Source: a virus
Taxonomy: Duplodnaviria > Heunggongvirae > Uroviricota > Caudoviricetes
Direction: 5' to 3' (one strand)
Virus record (IMG/VR): IMGVR_UViG_3300031994_000001
Span: 119,799-183,798 of that record
Length of the DNA stretch: 64,000 nucleotides
The notes under the pieces were generated by a model. That model searched no databases. It saw only the letters and a program-made list of their open reading frames with translations, and was not told the DNA's origin. Both the position numbers and the translations under genes were made by a program. Shown in pieces: positions 10,101 to 17,897 of this stretch (its first letter is position 1; each line of letters opens with the position of its first letter).

Positions 10101-12168
10101 GTTCTACGACACGCTTGACTATGTGAAAAAATATTCCCTCATAGAGAATGGTAGCGATAAGACCATCGCGGAGACATTCTTCCGTGGGGCGAAGATTGAG
10201 TTCTTGCAGAAAACCGACTATTCGGCGAAGATTGACAACAACATAAACACAATCAAAATCAAGTCCGACAATATGCTCAACGGATACAAGTTCACGTCAG
10301 TGATTGTTCCGATAGAGACGGACGGTGTTTTGGAGAATCCAAGGATTCGTGTCATAAGAAACGATGTGTTCAAATTCATCGTTATGGTGATATTCGTTGT
10401 CCGCAAGTACAAGGATGTATTGAATAGCGGTGAAAACAGCATACCGCAGTTCAATGCGGGCGACTTGACACGCTATCTGCTTTACAACCCGCAGAAAGTT
10501 CTTAATCCCGAAGCATACGGATTTGACAGCGATGACGATGCTTTGAGCGAGAATGGCATTTATGGCGGTGAGAGACGCATAACGGTTGGCGGTCGTGGAA
10601 AGGTTGTGAGCATAACGATAAACTCTCCGCACAAATTGAAAGGTGACGGAACGAACTTTATAAATGATTTTTCCGATGACAGCAGGGTTATGATTGTTGT
10701 CAAGGATTATTATGATGCAACACGTTTCAACATATTGAAACCAACGAATGTTGAGGACAACTGCAATATGGTGGTTGAGGAAATATTCGACAAGATTCAG
10801 ATGTCGAATACACAGCAGTATGCGCAGTACGCGAAGTATGTGTCGTTGGTTGATTATCTGACCCAAACCCTGCATTGGCAGCACTCGGACAATCTTTCAA
10901 TATCCTCAAACGGATTCGAGTATTGCATTGGTTACTGTGACGCTACTGTGTTTGCCGACTACTACAATTCCTGCGATTTCTTCAACATTGTGAACAATGT
11001 GAACTACACGCAGAAGGACGATGTTGTGTATATCCACGTTGACCAAAACGGGGTTGTTCGCAGAAGCGACAACAATGAGTACACATACGCATTGCGGTTC
11101 GTTATGCCCGCAGACAACGCCAAGTACGAGTACCTTGACTTCAGTTTTGACGGAGAGATTGTGTCGTATTTCGACAATCCGAAGTACGCATTCCGTATGC
11201 ACAGATACGGCGGTTGGTTCGAGCCTCTTACCAAACCCGTCATTTATTTCAAAGACCCGTTTGTCAAAGACGCTTTCAATGACCCGTACAATGAGAATCC
11301 CTGCGCGATAACCGTGACTGACACCGAGTATCTTTACAAGAAACTGTCATTGCTGACAACACGTTATCTCAACACGGCATTCGCATACAACTACAAGGGA
11401 TTCGGTATGGTGAAACAGTTGGCATACCATAGGGTGAACGACACGAACAATAACCCGTTCAAGTTGAAAGACGGAGACAAACCGCTGTACCCCGTGTCAA
11501 ACAAGTTCGCCGTAGGATATAGGGATGTCAATGTGTTCAACTCGTCTTGGGATTTGTGGTATTTTGTGAAAACAAACACCAATACGGACGAGCAGTTGGT
11601 ACACGGAACTTGCAGTATGCTTGAAAAATTCGCTATGCTCGGTTCTAAATGTATGACATTGCCCGACACGTTGAAGATAGAGGACTTCACGATAACCGAC
11701 TTGGTTGACGAGAATTACAAGTCTGACATTGAGCATACGGTGTTCCGTTCAGAAAAAAGCGGAAGCGTGAGTTATGTCATTATGGTTGAACGCAGGTTAA
11801 AGGCATATCTTCACGGAATATTGAAGGACTACTTCGCCCGCTATGTATTGGAATCCTGCTCATACGGCGACAGAGAAAGCATTGACGATGACATAGACAG
11901 ATACATTGAGCAGAACATAATACCTCTGTATATGTTCGACCATTTCGACTTGTATGTCAAGAAAACCCCAAATGGACTGAAACGCGAGATGAAATACGAC
12001 TATGTTGGTTCGAGCGATGCGGTCAAACTGATAAACGGACTTCGCCCCGACAACTCATTCGGTTTGAGTGTTGTTGATTACAGCGAGTTCGACAAGAAGA
12101 TTGTGCTTAATACAAAAGAGCAATATACCTACGAAATGGCGTTTACTCTTTATTTGAAGAAACGCTAA
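7180..12168 (+). CDS. giant protein (1662 aa); putative virion structural protein
   Basis: Uninterrupted ORF starting 19 nt after the previous gene; no recognisable catalytic motif; function inferred from size and context. Confidence 0.55.
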   Translation: MNITTEYCENIISNGSGLLDKASRMLVRTNPKLSTNVKIMTNGEKIWLESYDADKNLADSKYKAFVVSSDSKYNKDVVKFYGTLDTVSAFRPLQQYDDLSVKDVFDSQYETFYHCGCEYVKSLDYDEQFGFVAPLWIDEKIPEYFVIFKVEEPSYFNLVDNGEDNLRDMNFKTDILDKCTIVKTFSLKEDSPIGKYIRNYRNQDKFPVSPLYARMEKGGYISFNGISYKTGEFTEAHEHDFERMFTKDETVTGFDNFITGGFERNGIICANLLNLEFLFDDTTSEEYTINRYFGLYCNMVAEGTADIDYAGLYGCGNLYSRNVKNFDQYTVSKVTASNNGGVLIPVVQPQVNQDEILDLISQINTERIANHLTPLEGEELVENVGKICNISDILFPTWDNISAADNPSAADVDAGGSLNGSVHCIVDRLGNIHSISRSNSYPNGMIRLTDKKVELTDFNGFVKTNRSVTCEYEDKATPSQLVITINSEIEAYTRFTLKHDNLGDIGYIECGVVYDDETQEFLSVAGWSDYDTFSGIGDLSVVAQALADSFNAVFENEGLHAYYYANNVVIEACNSSDTYNLYHIECENTTSVPVTSVEISNGGRFCGANDYSHIKIMEMYSNLLQVGEYLPTRSKRGYGKIIAKTIDFEKATIDGDRLVFNEGLYYDVLVDENNVFVNRTNTVRVYDEFDLIYGRLSFFPVHDFDFQTTTPVTQYGDFGELEYERCYLSADGNDTSEDAEEEAMREYSFEVDGNTLTIYFENDDDTIVVDIDGYDVTQDPDDPDTFIVEMIMTHYNPNYVPSGEDTNVEPDFDFSTLTSDLGDGSVLRSEYMRLYENFSNDFMLLSKTVPYINKWVYHDNGFDVRERKYRLNTNPVFGMNSFAPDPYTYNDVSTNPNCFGCEWYYIFDKFPHNEPSNFDFTNMWSYIGDVCPIDSGSTAEETLERMLLDTKTNYFNVFFVRDHIVDTADANNKAFYDTLDYVKKYSLIENGSDKTIAETFFRGAKIEFLQKTDYSAKIDNNINTIKIKSDNMLNGYKFTSVIVPIETDGVLENPRIRVIRNDVFKFIVMVIFVVRKYKDVLNSGENSIPQFNAGDLTRYLLYNPQKVLNPEAYGFDSDDDALSENGIYGGERRITVGGRGKVVSITINSPHKLKGDGTNFINDFSDDSRVMIVVKDYYDATRFNILKPTNVEDNCNMVVEEIFDKIQMSNTQQYAQYAKYVSLVDYLTQTLHWQHSDNLSISSNGFEYCIGYCDATVFADYYNSCDFFNIVNNVNYTQKDDVVYIHVDQNGVVRRSDNNEYTYALRFVMPADNAKYEYLDFSFDGEIVSYFDNPKYAFRMHRYGGWFEPLTKPVIYFKDPFVKDAFNDPYNENPCAITVTDTEYLYKKLSLLTTRYLNTAFAYNYKGFGMVKQLAYHRVNDTNNNPFKLKDGDKPLYPVSNKFAVGYRDVNVFNSSWDLWYFVKTNTNTDEQLVHGTCSMLEKFAMLGSKCMTLPDTLKIEDFTITDLVDENYKSDIEHTVFRSEKSGSVSYVIMVERRLKAYLHGILKDYFARYVLESCSYGDRESIDDDIDRYIEQNIIPLYMFDHFDLYVKKTPNGLKREMKYDYVGSSDAVKLINGLRPDNSFGLSVVDYSEFDKKIVLNTKEQYTYEMAFTLYLKKR

Positions 12169-12513
12169 TCCTATAACATATTATGGCTATGAACGGATTT
12201 GGAATGTTTGTCGCGCTTATTGTCGCAGTGCTTTGCTTTTTCGCAAGTATGGACGATGATGACAACAGCGGGCAGGCTACTTCTTTTTAAGGTGCTTGAC
12301 TATCTTGACGACAGCAACGCAAACGCCGACAGTTATGACGCAGGCTACCATTGCAATCAGAACGGCAGTCCAACTGTAACATAGGAAATAAGTGACGACT
12401 GCTATTATGGCGATGATAATCAAGAACGCAATTATGCCGAGAGTAATCATATAAATAGTAATATTCTGCTTTATTTATCGGAACGCATTTATAACTTATA
12501 TATAACAAAAACT

Positions 12514-13101
12514 ATGAAAAATAAGAAAATGAAAATATTGAGTTGTTCCGTGTTCGGCGCACTCTATTTGTTGGTGAGCGTAATCAGTTTGATTTGCTCA
12601 ACGTATTTTTTCAAACTCGCCCACACGGGCATTATGAGTTGGGCTTTGGCAATCGGCTTCGAGTTGGGTGCTATGAGTTGCCTTCTCTCCACAATGGTAT
12701 TGCCGAGAAACAAGCAGGGTCTTGTTTGGGTTATGTTCGTCATACTTACGCTGTTTCAGTGTATGGGTAATATGTATGCTGCATACGTGAGCCTTGAAAA
12801 CTATATGGATTGGATTGATATGTTCGGTCTGAACGATATGGAGGAAATCTCGCAGAAGCGTGTTCTCGCAGCCATATCGGGTATAATCCTGCCTCTCGTT
12901 GCATTGGGCTTCATCAGAATAATGGCTGATATGCTGCAAAGCAACACGGAAGAATCCGAACAGCCGCTGCAAATTGAAGCACCCGCTGTCGGGGACACTT
13001 CAATCCAAGAGGAAATCCCCGTCAAAGAGGAAACCGAAAAGGTTGAGGAAAAAGTTGAAACAGAACCAGAACCCGCCAAAGAAGAGGAATCAAAAAAATA
13101 G
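12514..13101 (+). CDS. membrane protein (about 4 predicted TM helices) with an E/K/P/V-rich low-complexity tail; may continue into 13098-13430 by a -1 frameshift
   Basis: Hydrophobic segments LSCSVFGALYLLVSVISLI, IMSWALAIGFELGAMSCLL, VWVMFVILTLF and ISGIILPLVALGFI, then an acidic/lysine-rich tail ending EEESKK directly at an A7 run. Confidence 0.55.
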   Translation: MKNKKMKILSCSVFGALYLLVSVISLICSTYFFKLAHTGIMSWALAIGFELGAMSCLLSTMVLPRNKQGLVWVMFVILTLFQCMGNMYAAYVSLENYMDWIDMFGLNDMEEISQKRVLAAISGIILPLVALGFIRIMADMLQSNTEESEQPLQIEAPAVGDTSIQEEIPVKEETEKVEEKVETEPEPAKEEESKK

Positions 13102-13121
13102 AGCCGCTGATTGAACAACCC

Positions 13122-13430
13122 GTGGCAGTCAGCGGTGGTCGGCAAGCGGGGGATGAGGTTGCGGAGAAAACCGAAGTTGAATCGGTCTCCGAACCCGTTG
13201 TTGAGGAAGTGAAACCCATTGCTACTGAAACGCCTAAACCCGTTGAATCCCCGAAAGAGGAGGTCAAGAAAGAGGTAAAGAAAGAGGTCAAGAAAGAGGT
13301 GAAGCAAGAGGTGAAGCCTGCCCCAAAGAAAGAACTGACCAAACCCGTCAAAAAAGGTGACGATGAGTTCGTTACACCTGCGGAACGCAAGATGCTTACG
13401 GGCGGAAGCACATTTTGGAAACACGCATAA
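13122..13430 (+). CDS. E/K/P/V-rich low-complexity ORF with (EVKK)n repeats; probable frameshifted continuation of 12514-13101
   Basis: Same amino-acid composition as the tail of the upstream ORF; lies in the -1 frame relative to it; no independent ATG (the track start is GTG). Confidence 0.4.
   Translation: MAVSGGRQAGDEVAEKTEVESVSEPVVEEVKPIATETPKPVESPKEEVKKEVKKEVKKEVKQEVKPAPKKELTKPVKKGDDEFVTPAERKMLTGGSTFWKHA
13258..13318 (+). repeat. 12-nt tandem repeat (GAGGTNAAGAAA)x5 encoding EVKKEVKKEVKKEVKQEVK
   Basis: Read directly from the sequence. Confidence 0.7.
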
Positions 13431-13570
13431 TAAACCGAATATGATAACGAAATTGGTGAACGTGAAACTTAAAAAGAGCCTTGCCGAAAGAATCAAGGAT
13501 TTCATTTGCAGGGTACACGAATATTGGAGGAAGTTCGAACAGTCGCTTATTGACTACATAATGTCTTAAT

Positions 13571-13882
13571 ATGGGCGGTTTCGTGTATCTGATATGTGAC
13601 CCCGCGACCGATACATACAAGATAGGTCGCACAAAGAACAGCGTGGAAAAGCGTCTGAAGCAGATACAGACGGGCTGCTCCACGGAACTTTTCATTGTCA
13701 ATTACTATTACACGCAATACCCGAACCAACTTGAACAGATGCTTCACCGCAGGTTCAAGAACAAGCAGCAACTCAACGAATGGTTCAGACTTGAATCGGA
13801 CGACATAATTGGGTTCACGGATATTTGTGAGCATACAAACAACATTATCAAGGCTTTACATACCGAAACGGAAATTTATTAA
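13571..13882 (+). CDS. T5orf172 / GIY-YIG-like domain protein
   Basis: GGFVYLICDPATDTYKIGRTKNSVEKRLKQ ... EQMLHRRF ... NEWFRL matches the T5orf172 pattern (VY.L..P....KIG.T....RL..L ... LH..F ... EWF). Confidence 0.5.
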   Translation: MGGFVYLICDPATDTYKIGRTKNSVEKRLKQIQTGCSTELFIVNYYYTQYPNQLEQMLHRRFKNKQQLNEWFRLESDDIIGFTDICEHTNNIIKALHTETEIY

Positions 13883-13895
13883 AAAATTTTGCGCG

Positions 13896-13923
13896 TTTCG
13901 GATTTTTTTATTATATTATCACA
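13896..13923 (+). promoter_or_regulatory. conserved promoter-like motif, copy 1 (TTTCGGATTTTTTTATTATATTATCAC)
   Basis: One of five copies of GGAtTTTTTTATTATATT(A/G)nATTGTA-like elements, each 25-120 nt upstream of a + strand gene or operon (here the 14039-15364 operon). Confidence 0.45.
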
Positions 13924-14038
13924 GAAGGCTGTGTTGAAAGAAGCGGGCAGCAATTATGAACGAATTGCCAAAATTTGAAAGAACAACTTCTTGTTTGCAG
14001 TCTTTTAATAGGATTATTAACCCTTAAATTGATATAAT

Positions 14039-14302
14039 ATGGAAGATTTAGGAGCAACTGAAATGATGTCAAAGACAGAACCTATTGTCTGTGAAAAGTG
14101 TGGTTGTGACCGCTTTGTTCAAGTGACGCTTTTGAGAAAGGTGTCTCGTTTTGTAATCGGTGCGTCAGAAGACGGCGTTATTCCAATCCCCACATTCTCC
14201 TGCCAAAAGTGCGGACACGTGAACGAGGAGTTCCTGCCGAAAGGCTTGTCCAAGGTGGAAAAGAAGGAGGAAACACCGAAATCAAGTATCATAATGCCTT
14301 AA
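14039..14302 (+). CDS. small zinc-ribbon protein
   Basis: CEKCGC ... CQKCGH, i.e. two CxxC pairs. Confidence 0.5.
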   Translation: MEDLGATEMMSKTEPIVCEKCGCDRFVQVTLLRKVSRFVIGASEDGVIPIPTFSCQKCGHVNEEFLPKGLSKVEKKEETPKSSIIMP

Positions 14303-14314
14303 TCCCGTTACGCT

Positions 14315-15364
14315 ATGTTATACGGTCTTGACGACATAACGCTCATTCCCGCGAAGATAACGGACATTGATTCTCGTGCGGAGTGCGACCCGTTCTATCA
14401 CGACTATAACGACAAGGGCATATTCGGCAAGCATCTTCCGTTGCTTGCCGCCCCTATGAGTTCCGTGATTGACGAAAACAACTTCAACAAGTTCACCAAC
14501 TGTGGTATCAATGCCGTTGTTCCGAGAAGCGTTGATATTGAAAAACGCATTTCATTATGCAAGCACACATTCTGCGCATTCGGCTTGGACGAAATCAAAA
14601 CGCATTTCATTGACGATACACCGCTCGGATTCGGCAAGATGAGCGGGTTTCTCAATATGTATGTCTGCATAGACGTTGCCAACGGGCATATGCTGCGTGT
14701 GTATTCCGCTTGCAGGAAACTGAAAGACAAGTACAAAGACGGCATTTCCATAATGACGGGTAACATTGCCAATCCCGACACATACGCATATATTTGCGAC
14801 CGATATGAAGGTGCTGTTGATTATATTCGTGTTGGAATCGGTGGCGGTTCTTGCTGCACAACATCAGCCAACGCCGCAATTCACTATCCTATGGCTTCCC
14901 TCATTGAAGGCTGTTATACAGTAAGGGTTGACCGTGGAAACAATAATGTGGTATGCCCGTATATAGTTGCTGACGGCGGCTTTGATTCGTTTGACAAAAT
15001 CATCAAGGCTCTCGCCCTCGGTGCTGACTATGTTATGCTCGGATATGTCCTTGCGAAGTCGGAGGAGGCTTGCGGCAAAATTATTAGCGAGGAATATGTT
15101 GACGGTTGGCGCAGATTCCGCTATTACTACGGTATGTCAACGAAGAAAGCGCAAAAGGAAATGGGCAAGGGGGAACTGAAAACTGCGGAAGGCATTGAAC
15201 GCAAAGTCAATATCGAATACCCGATAGCGAAATGGGTTGAGAACTTCACGTCATACCTGCGTTCCGCTATGTCCTATATGGATGCCCGCAGCATTCTTGA
15301 CTTCATTGGCAGCGTGTGCTACGACAAAATATCGCCAAACGCATTCAAATCATTTTACAAATAA
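14315..15364 (+). CDS. guaC: GMP reductase (GuaC)-family IMPDH/GMPR TIM-barrel enzyme
   Basis: VCIDVANGH (E. coli GuaC has VCIDVANGY), VGIGGGSCCTTS (GuaC VGIGPGSVCTTR), IVADGG, GADYVMLG and YGMSTKKAQKE...AEG are collinear with GuaC. Length is 349 aa versus 347 aa for GuaC. Confidence 0.75.
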   Translation: MLYGLDDITLIPAKITDIDSRAECDPFYHDYNDKGIFGKHLPLLAAPMSSVIDENNFNKFTNCGINAVVPRSVDIEKRISLCKHTFCAFGLDEIKTHFIDDTPLGFGKMSGFLNMYVCIDVANGHMLRVYSACRKLKDKYKDGISIMTGNIANPDTYAYICDRYEGAVDYIRVGIGGGSCCTTSANAAIHYPMASLIEGCYTVRVDRGNNNVVCPYIVADGGFDSFDKIIKALALGADYVMLGYVLAKSEEACGKIISEEYVDGWRRFRYYYGMSTKKAQKEMGKGELKTAEGIERKVNIEYPIAKWVENFTSYLRSAMSYMDARSILDFIGSVCYDKISPNAFKSFYK

Positions 15365-15386
15365 CAATCATTAAAAATTTTAAGCA

Positions 15387-15800
15387 ATGTTTACATTATT
15401 AGTTATTGGAATCATTTTCATTGTGGCGGTTGCAGCAAGCATTCTCATTTCAAATTATTGCGACACGCACGAACACCGCTCTTGGCTTGAAGGTGTGATT
15501 GTGATGACCTTTATGGTGACGGTTATTTCGTTTGTTTGTCTTGTGTTCGCCGTAATATCCCTTGCAGGTGTCAAGAACGATTTTGAATTGTGCAAGGAGA
15601 AATACGCAAATGCCGAGAGAATTGTCGAACAGACTTCACAAGGCAACGATACAATCCCGTTCTATGAGGTTGACGACATTGTGTTGGAGACGAACAATAT
15701 GATTTCCGAACATAAGGTTATGTGCAACGACAAGTGGCGCGACCTTTGGCACTCCGAGGAAGTAGGCAGTCTCACACCCCTTACATTGGACGGCAAATAG
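15387..15800 (+). CDS. small membrane protein, paralog A (2 TM helices plus a conserved C-domain)
   Basis: Shares DFELCKEKY...N.MI.EH.V....KW..LW.SEEVGSL.P with the next gene. Confidence 0.55.
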   Translation: MFTLLVIGIIFIVAVAASILISNYCDTHEHRSWLEGVIVMTFMVTVISFVCLVFAVISLAGVKNDFELCKEKYANAERIVEQTSQGNDTIPFYEVDDIVLETNNMISEHKVMCNDKWRDLWHSEEVGSLTPLTLDGK

Positions 15801-15801
15801 T

Positions 15802-15880
15802 GTTGATAACTTTGTTGATAACTTTTTCTGAAAAAAGTGTTGAGCGTATAAAAAATTTTGTATTTTTGCAGCGTCAATCA
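15802..15880 (+). promoter_or_regulatory. about 80-nt promoter/operator element, copy 1: direct repeat GTTGATAACTTT x2 followed by a Bacteroidetes-type promoter (TGTTG ... TATTTTTG)
   Basis: Near-identical to 29360-29438. TATTTTTG at 15861-15868 matches the TAnnTTTG -7 consensus, with a TTG element about 20 nt upstream. Confidence 0.5.
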
Positions 15881-15907
15881 ATCAGTAATAATCAAAAATA
15901 AAAAGTT

Positions 15908-16336
15908 ATGTACACGGTTATTTTAATTTCGGTTTTAACAGTAGTATTGTTTATCGCAGGTGTTGTTTTTAGTCAAAAGGACAAATTTTACAGTGCGAAT
16001 TGGCCAGATGCGATGGCGGGTGTGTCATTAGCCCTTGCGGTTTTCGGGGCTTGTATGTTGATTATCATAGGAATCTCTTTAATCGGCAAGAAGTCGGATT
16101 TCGAGTTGTGCAAGGAAAAATACAATATCACAGTCGAACTTGTCGAATCGTACTATGAGGGTGAGACTGAAACCGACAAAGGCGTGTTCGAGTATGACCT
16201 GCGCAAAATGATTGTCGCCACCAACACTATGATTGCGGAGCATAGGGTTTATTCAAAGAACAAGTGGCTGAACCTTTGGTACTCCGAGGAAGTCGGCAGT
16301 TTGAAGCCGATTTCGTATGAAACTCTGAAAAAATAA
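15908..16336 (+). CDS. small membrane protein, paralog B
   Basis: Tandem paralog of 15387-15800 with its own strong promoter element. Confidence 0.55.
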   Translation: MYTVILISVLTVVLFIAGVVFSQKDKFYSANWPDAMAGVSLALAVFGACMLIIIGISLIGKKSDFELCKEKYNITVELVESYYEGETETDKGVFEYDLRKMIVATNTMIAEHRVYSKNKWLNLWYSEEVGSLKPISYETLKK

Positions 16337-16341
16337 CAACT

Positions 16342-16797
16342 ATGAAGAAATATGACGATACTGAAATAAGGAAAGTCAACGCCGAGTTGGAGGAGAAGTT
16401 TTCCAAGGAGCGCGACCAATGGCAGGAGTGGATTACAGAACTGCTTGATATGATTAAGCACGACAGCCAACTCACCGACTGTATGGTCAAGGGTCTTTCC
16501 TACCGTCAGAAAATCATTGAGAAGGTAGCCTATTACCGTCAGTCGCTCTACAAGCAGAAGTCGAAGTATGACGTGGTTCGAGCCGACAGATACAAACAGT
16601 ACACGGTTGAGGGCGACATAAAGTTCAATGCAACCGAAAAGAACGATGCCGTTACAGCGGACTTGACAGCCTCTCTGTACCGACTGAACTTGATTCAGAA
16701 CCAAATTGACTACCTCAACGAAACAAACCAAACTCTCACGAGTTTGCAGTATGCGATTAAGAACAAGATTGTAATTCTCACTGAACAAATTATGTAG
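16342..16797 (+). CDS. hypothetical protein (151 aa)
   Basis: ORF tightly packed in the operon; no recognisable motif. Confidence 0.45.
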   Translation: MKKYDDTEIRKVNAELEEKFSKERDQWQEWITELLDMIKHDSQLTDCMVKGLSYRQKIIEKVAYYRQSLYKQKSKYDVVRADRYKQYTVEGDIKFNATEKNDAVTADLTASLYRLNLIQNQIDYLNETNQTLTSLQYAIKNKIVILTEQIM

Positions 16798-16798
16798 T

Positions 16799-17122
16799 AT
16801 GAGAACTGAAGAAAAAAACGGAATCACCCATTACTATTTCTACCGAGAGGATTTGGAGAAAAAGACGACCCTCGAACTCATTTCGATTTTGAGAAGTCTT
16901 CGCCGAACCATTTGGAACACCGAGTGGGATGACATTGAGGAAGATTCCTTGAAGAATATGGAAGGCACTATGGTGGAGTTCAAGCGCGGGGACAATTTCC
17001 GCAACTACGCGGTGCTTTGGATTGTCAAGGACATTCTCGCCAACAGACCCCACATCAACAAATCAAAGCAGGAACGCAAGGCTATCCGCCAACAGAGTGC
17101 GAAACTGCATAAGAGAATTTAG
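16799..17122 (+). CDS. hypothetical basic protein (107 aa)
   Basis: ATG overlaps the previous stop (ATGTAGTATG); no motif. Confidence 0.45.
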   Translation: MRTEEKNGITHYYFYREDLEKKTTLELISILRSLRRTIWNTEWDDIEEDSLKNMEGTMVEFKRGDNFRNYAVLWIVKDILANRPHINKSKQERKAIRQQSAKLHKRI

Positions 17123-17131
17123 TTTGCGTGG

Positions 17132-17158
17132 TTTCGGAAATTTTTATTATATTATAAC
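17132..17158 (+). promoter_or_regulatory. conserved promoter-like motif, copy 2 (TTTCGGAAATTTTTATTATATTATAAC)
   Basis: Preceded by TTTGCGTGG, like copy 1 (TTTGCGCG); upstream of the 17221-21293 operon. Confidence 0.45.
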
Positions 17159-17220
17159 GAAAATGGTCGGCATTGCCGCCAAGTAATAAACCCAATTTAA
17201 TAATCAAAAATAACAAAGTT

Positions 17221-17895
17221 ATGTTTGAAAATTTGCAAAACACATTCAACGGAATGTTTGGTAAGGTAGCACCAGGTATGTGCCGCATTACTATGAACGG
17301 TAACATCGCTGTCAAAACGAGCGATGGTTACAAGTCCTACAACGTGGAACAGAAGCGTCTGACCAATGTCAACAGTTTCTGCTTCAACATCGGTGACGAG
17401 ATGTTCTTCGTCATTCCCACCAACAAGGTGCAGGTCGGCGACATTATTCTCGTCAAGGGCAAACCCAAATGCGTTGTGAGCGCAACGAAGGAATGCATCA
17501 ATGTCATTGACTACGAGAGTTCCGAAATGCGCCAAGTCATTCCCGAAAGACACGTCTTTATGGGCAGCACCTACTTCTATGGCAAGATTGTCTCTATGTT
17601 CGGCAACTCCTTCAAGAAAGGCAAAGGTCTCGGAAATGTTATGAAAATGATGATGATGAGCCAGTTGATGGGCGGCGGCAACAGCAACAACGCCAACCCC
17701 TTCGGACAAATGATGGCAATGTCTATGTTTATGGGCGGCAAGAACGATAACCCGTTTGAGGGTATGTTCGACTTCAACCTTGACGTGGACGATGACGATG
17801 ACGATGACGACAATGACGGTGACGAGACCGAGACCGTTCCCGCTGCCGCCCCTGCGAAAAAGTCAAGAAAAACCAAAAAAGTTGAGGAGGAGTAG
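17221..17895 (+). CDS. hypothetical protein with Met/Gly-rich and poly-Asp low-complexity C-terminus
   Basis: ORF from the first ATG (the track ORF begins at a TTG at 17173). C-terminus reads MMMSQLMGGGNSNN...DVDDDDDDDDNDGDETE. Confidence 0.5.
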   Translation: MFENLQNTFNGMFGKVAPGMCRITMNGNIAVKTSDGYKSYNVEQKRLTNVNSFCFNIGDEMFFVIPTNKVQVGDIILVKGKPKCVVSATKECINVIDYESSEMRQVIPERHVFMGSTYFYGKIVSMFGNSFKKGKGLGNVMKMMMMSQLMGGGNSNNANPFGQMMAMSMFMGGKNDNPFEGMFDFNLDVDDDDDDDDNDGDETETVPAAAPAKKSRKTKKVEEE

Positions 17896-17897
17896 TT

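Noticed and set aside
12183-12441. Two small convergent hydrophobic ORFs (about 35 aa on +, 12183-12290; about 57 aa on -, 12272-12441) in the gap after the 1662-aa gene
   Set aside because: Both are short, overlap each other's 3' ends, and have the Ile/Leu/Phe/Val composition expected by chance in AT-rich DNA. They may encode membrane peptides, but I cannot support either.
12801-13505. 234-aa and 129-aa minus-strand ORFs
   Set aside because: Antisense to the E/K-rich repeat region; Ser/Phe/Leu-rich low-complexity translations.
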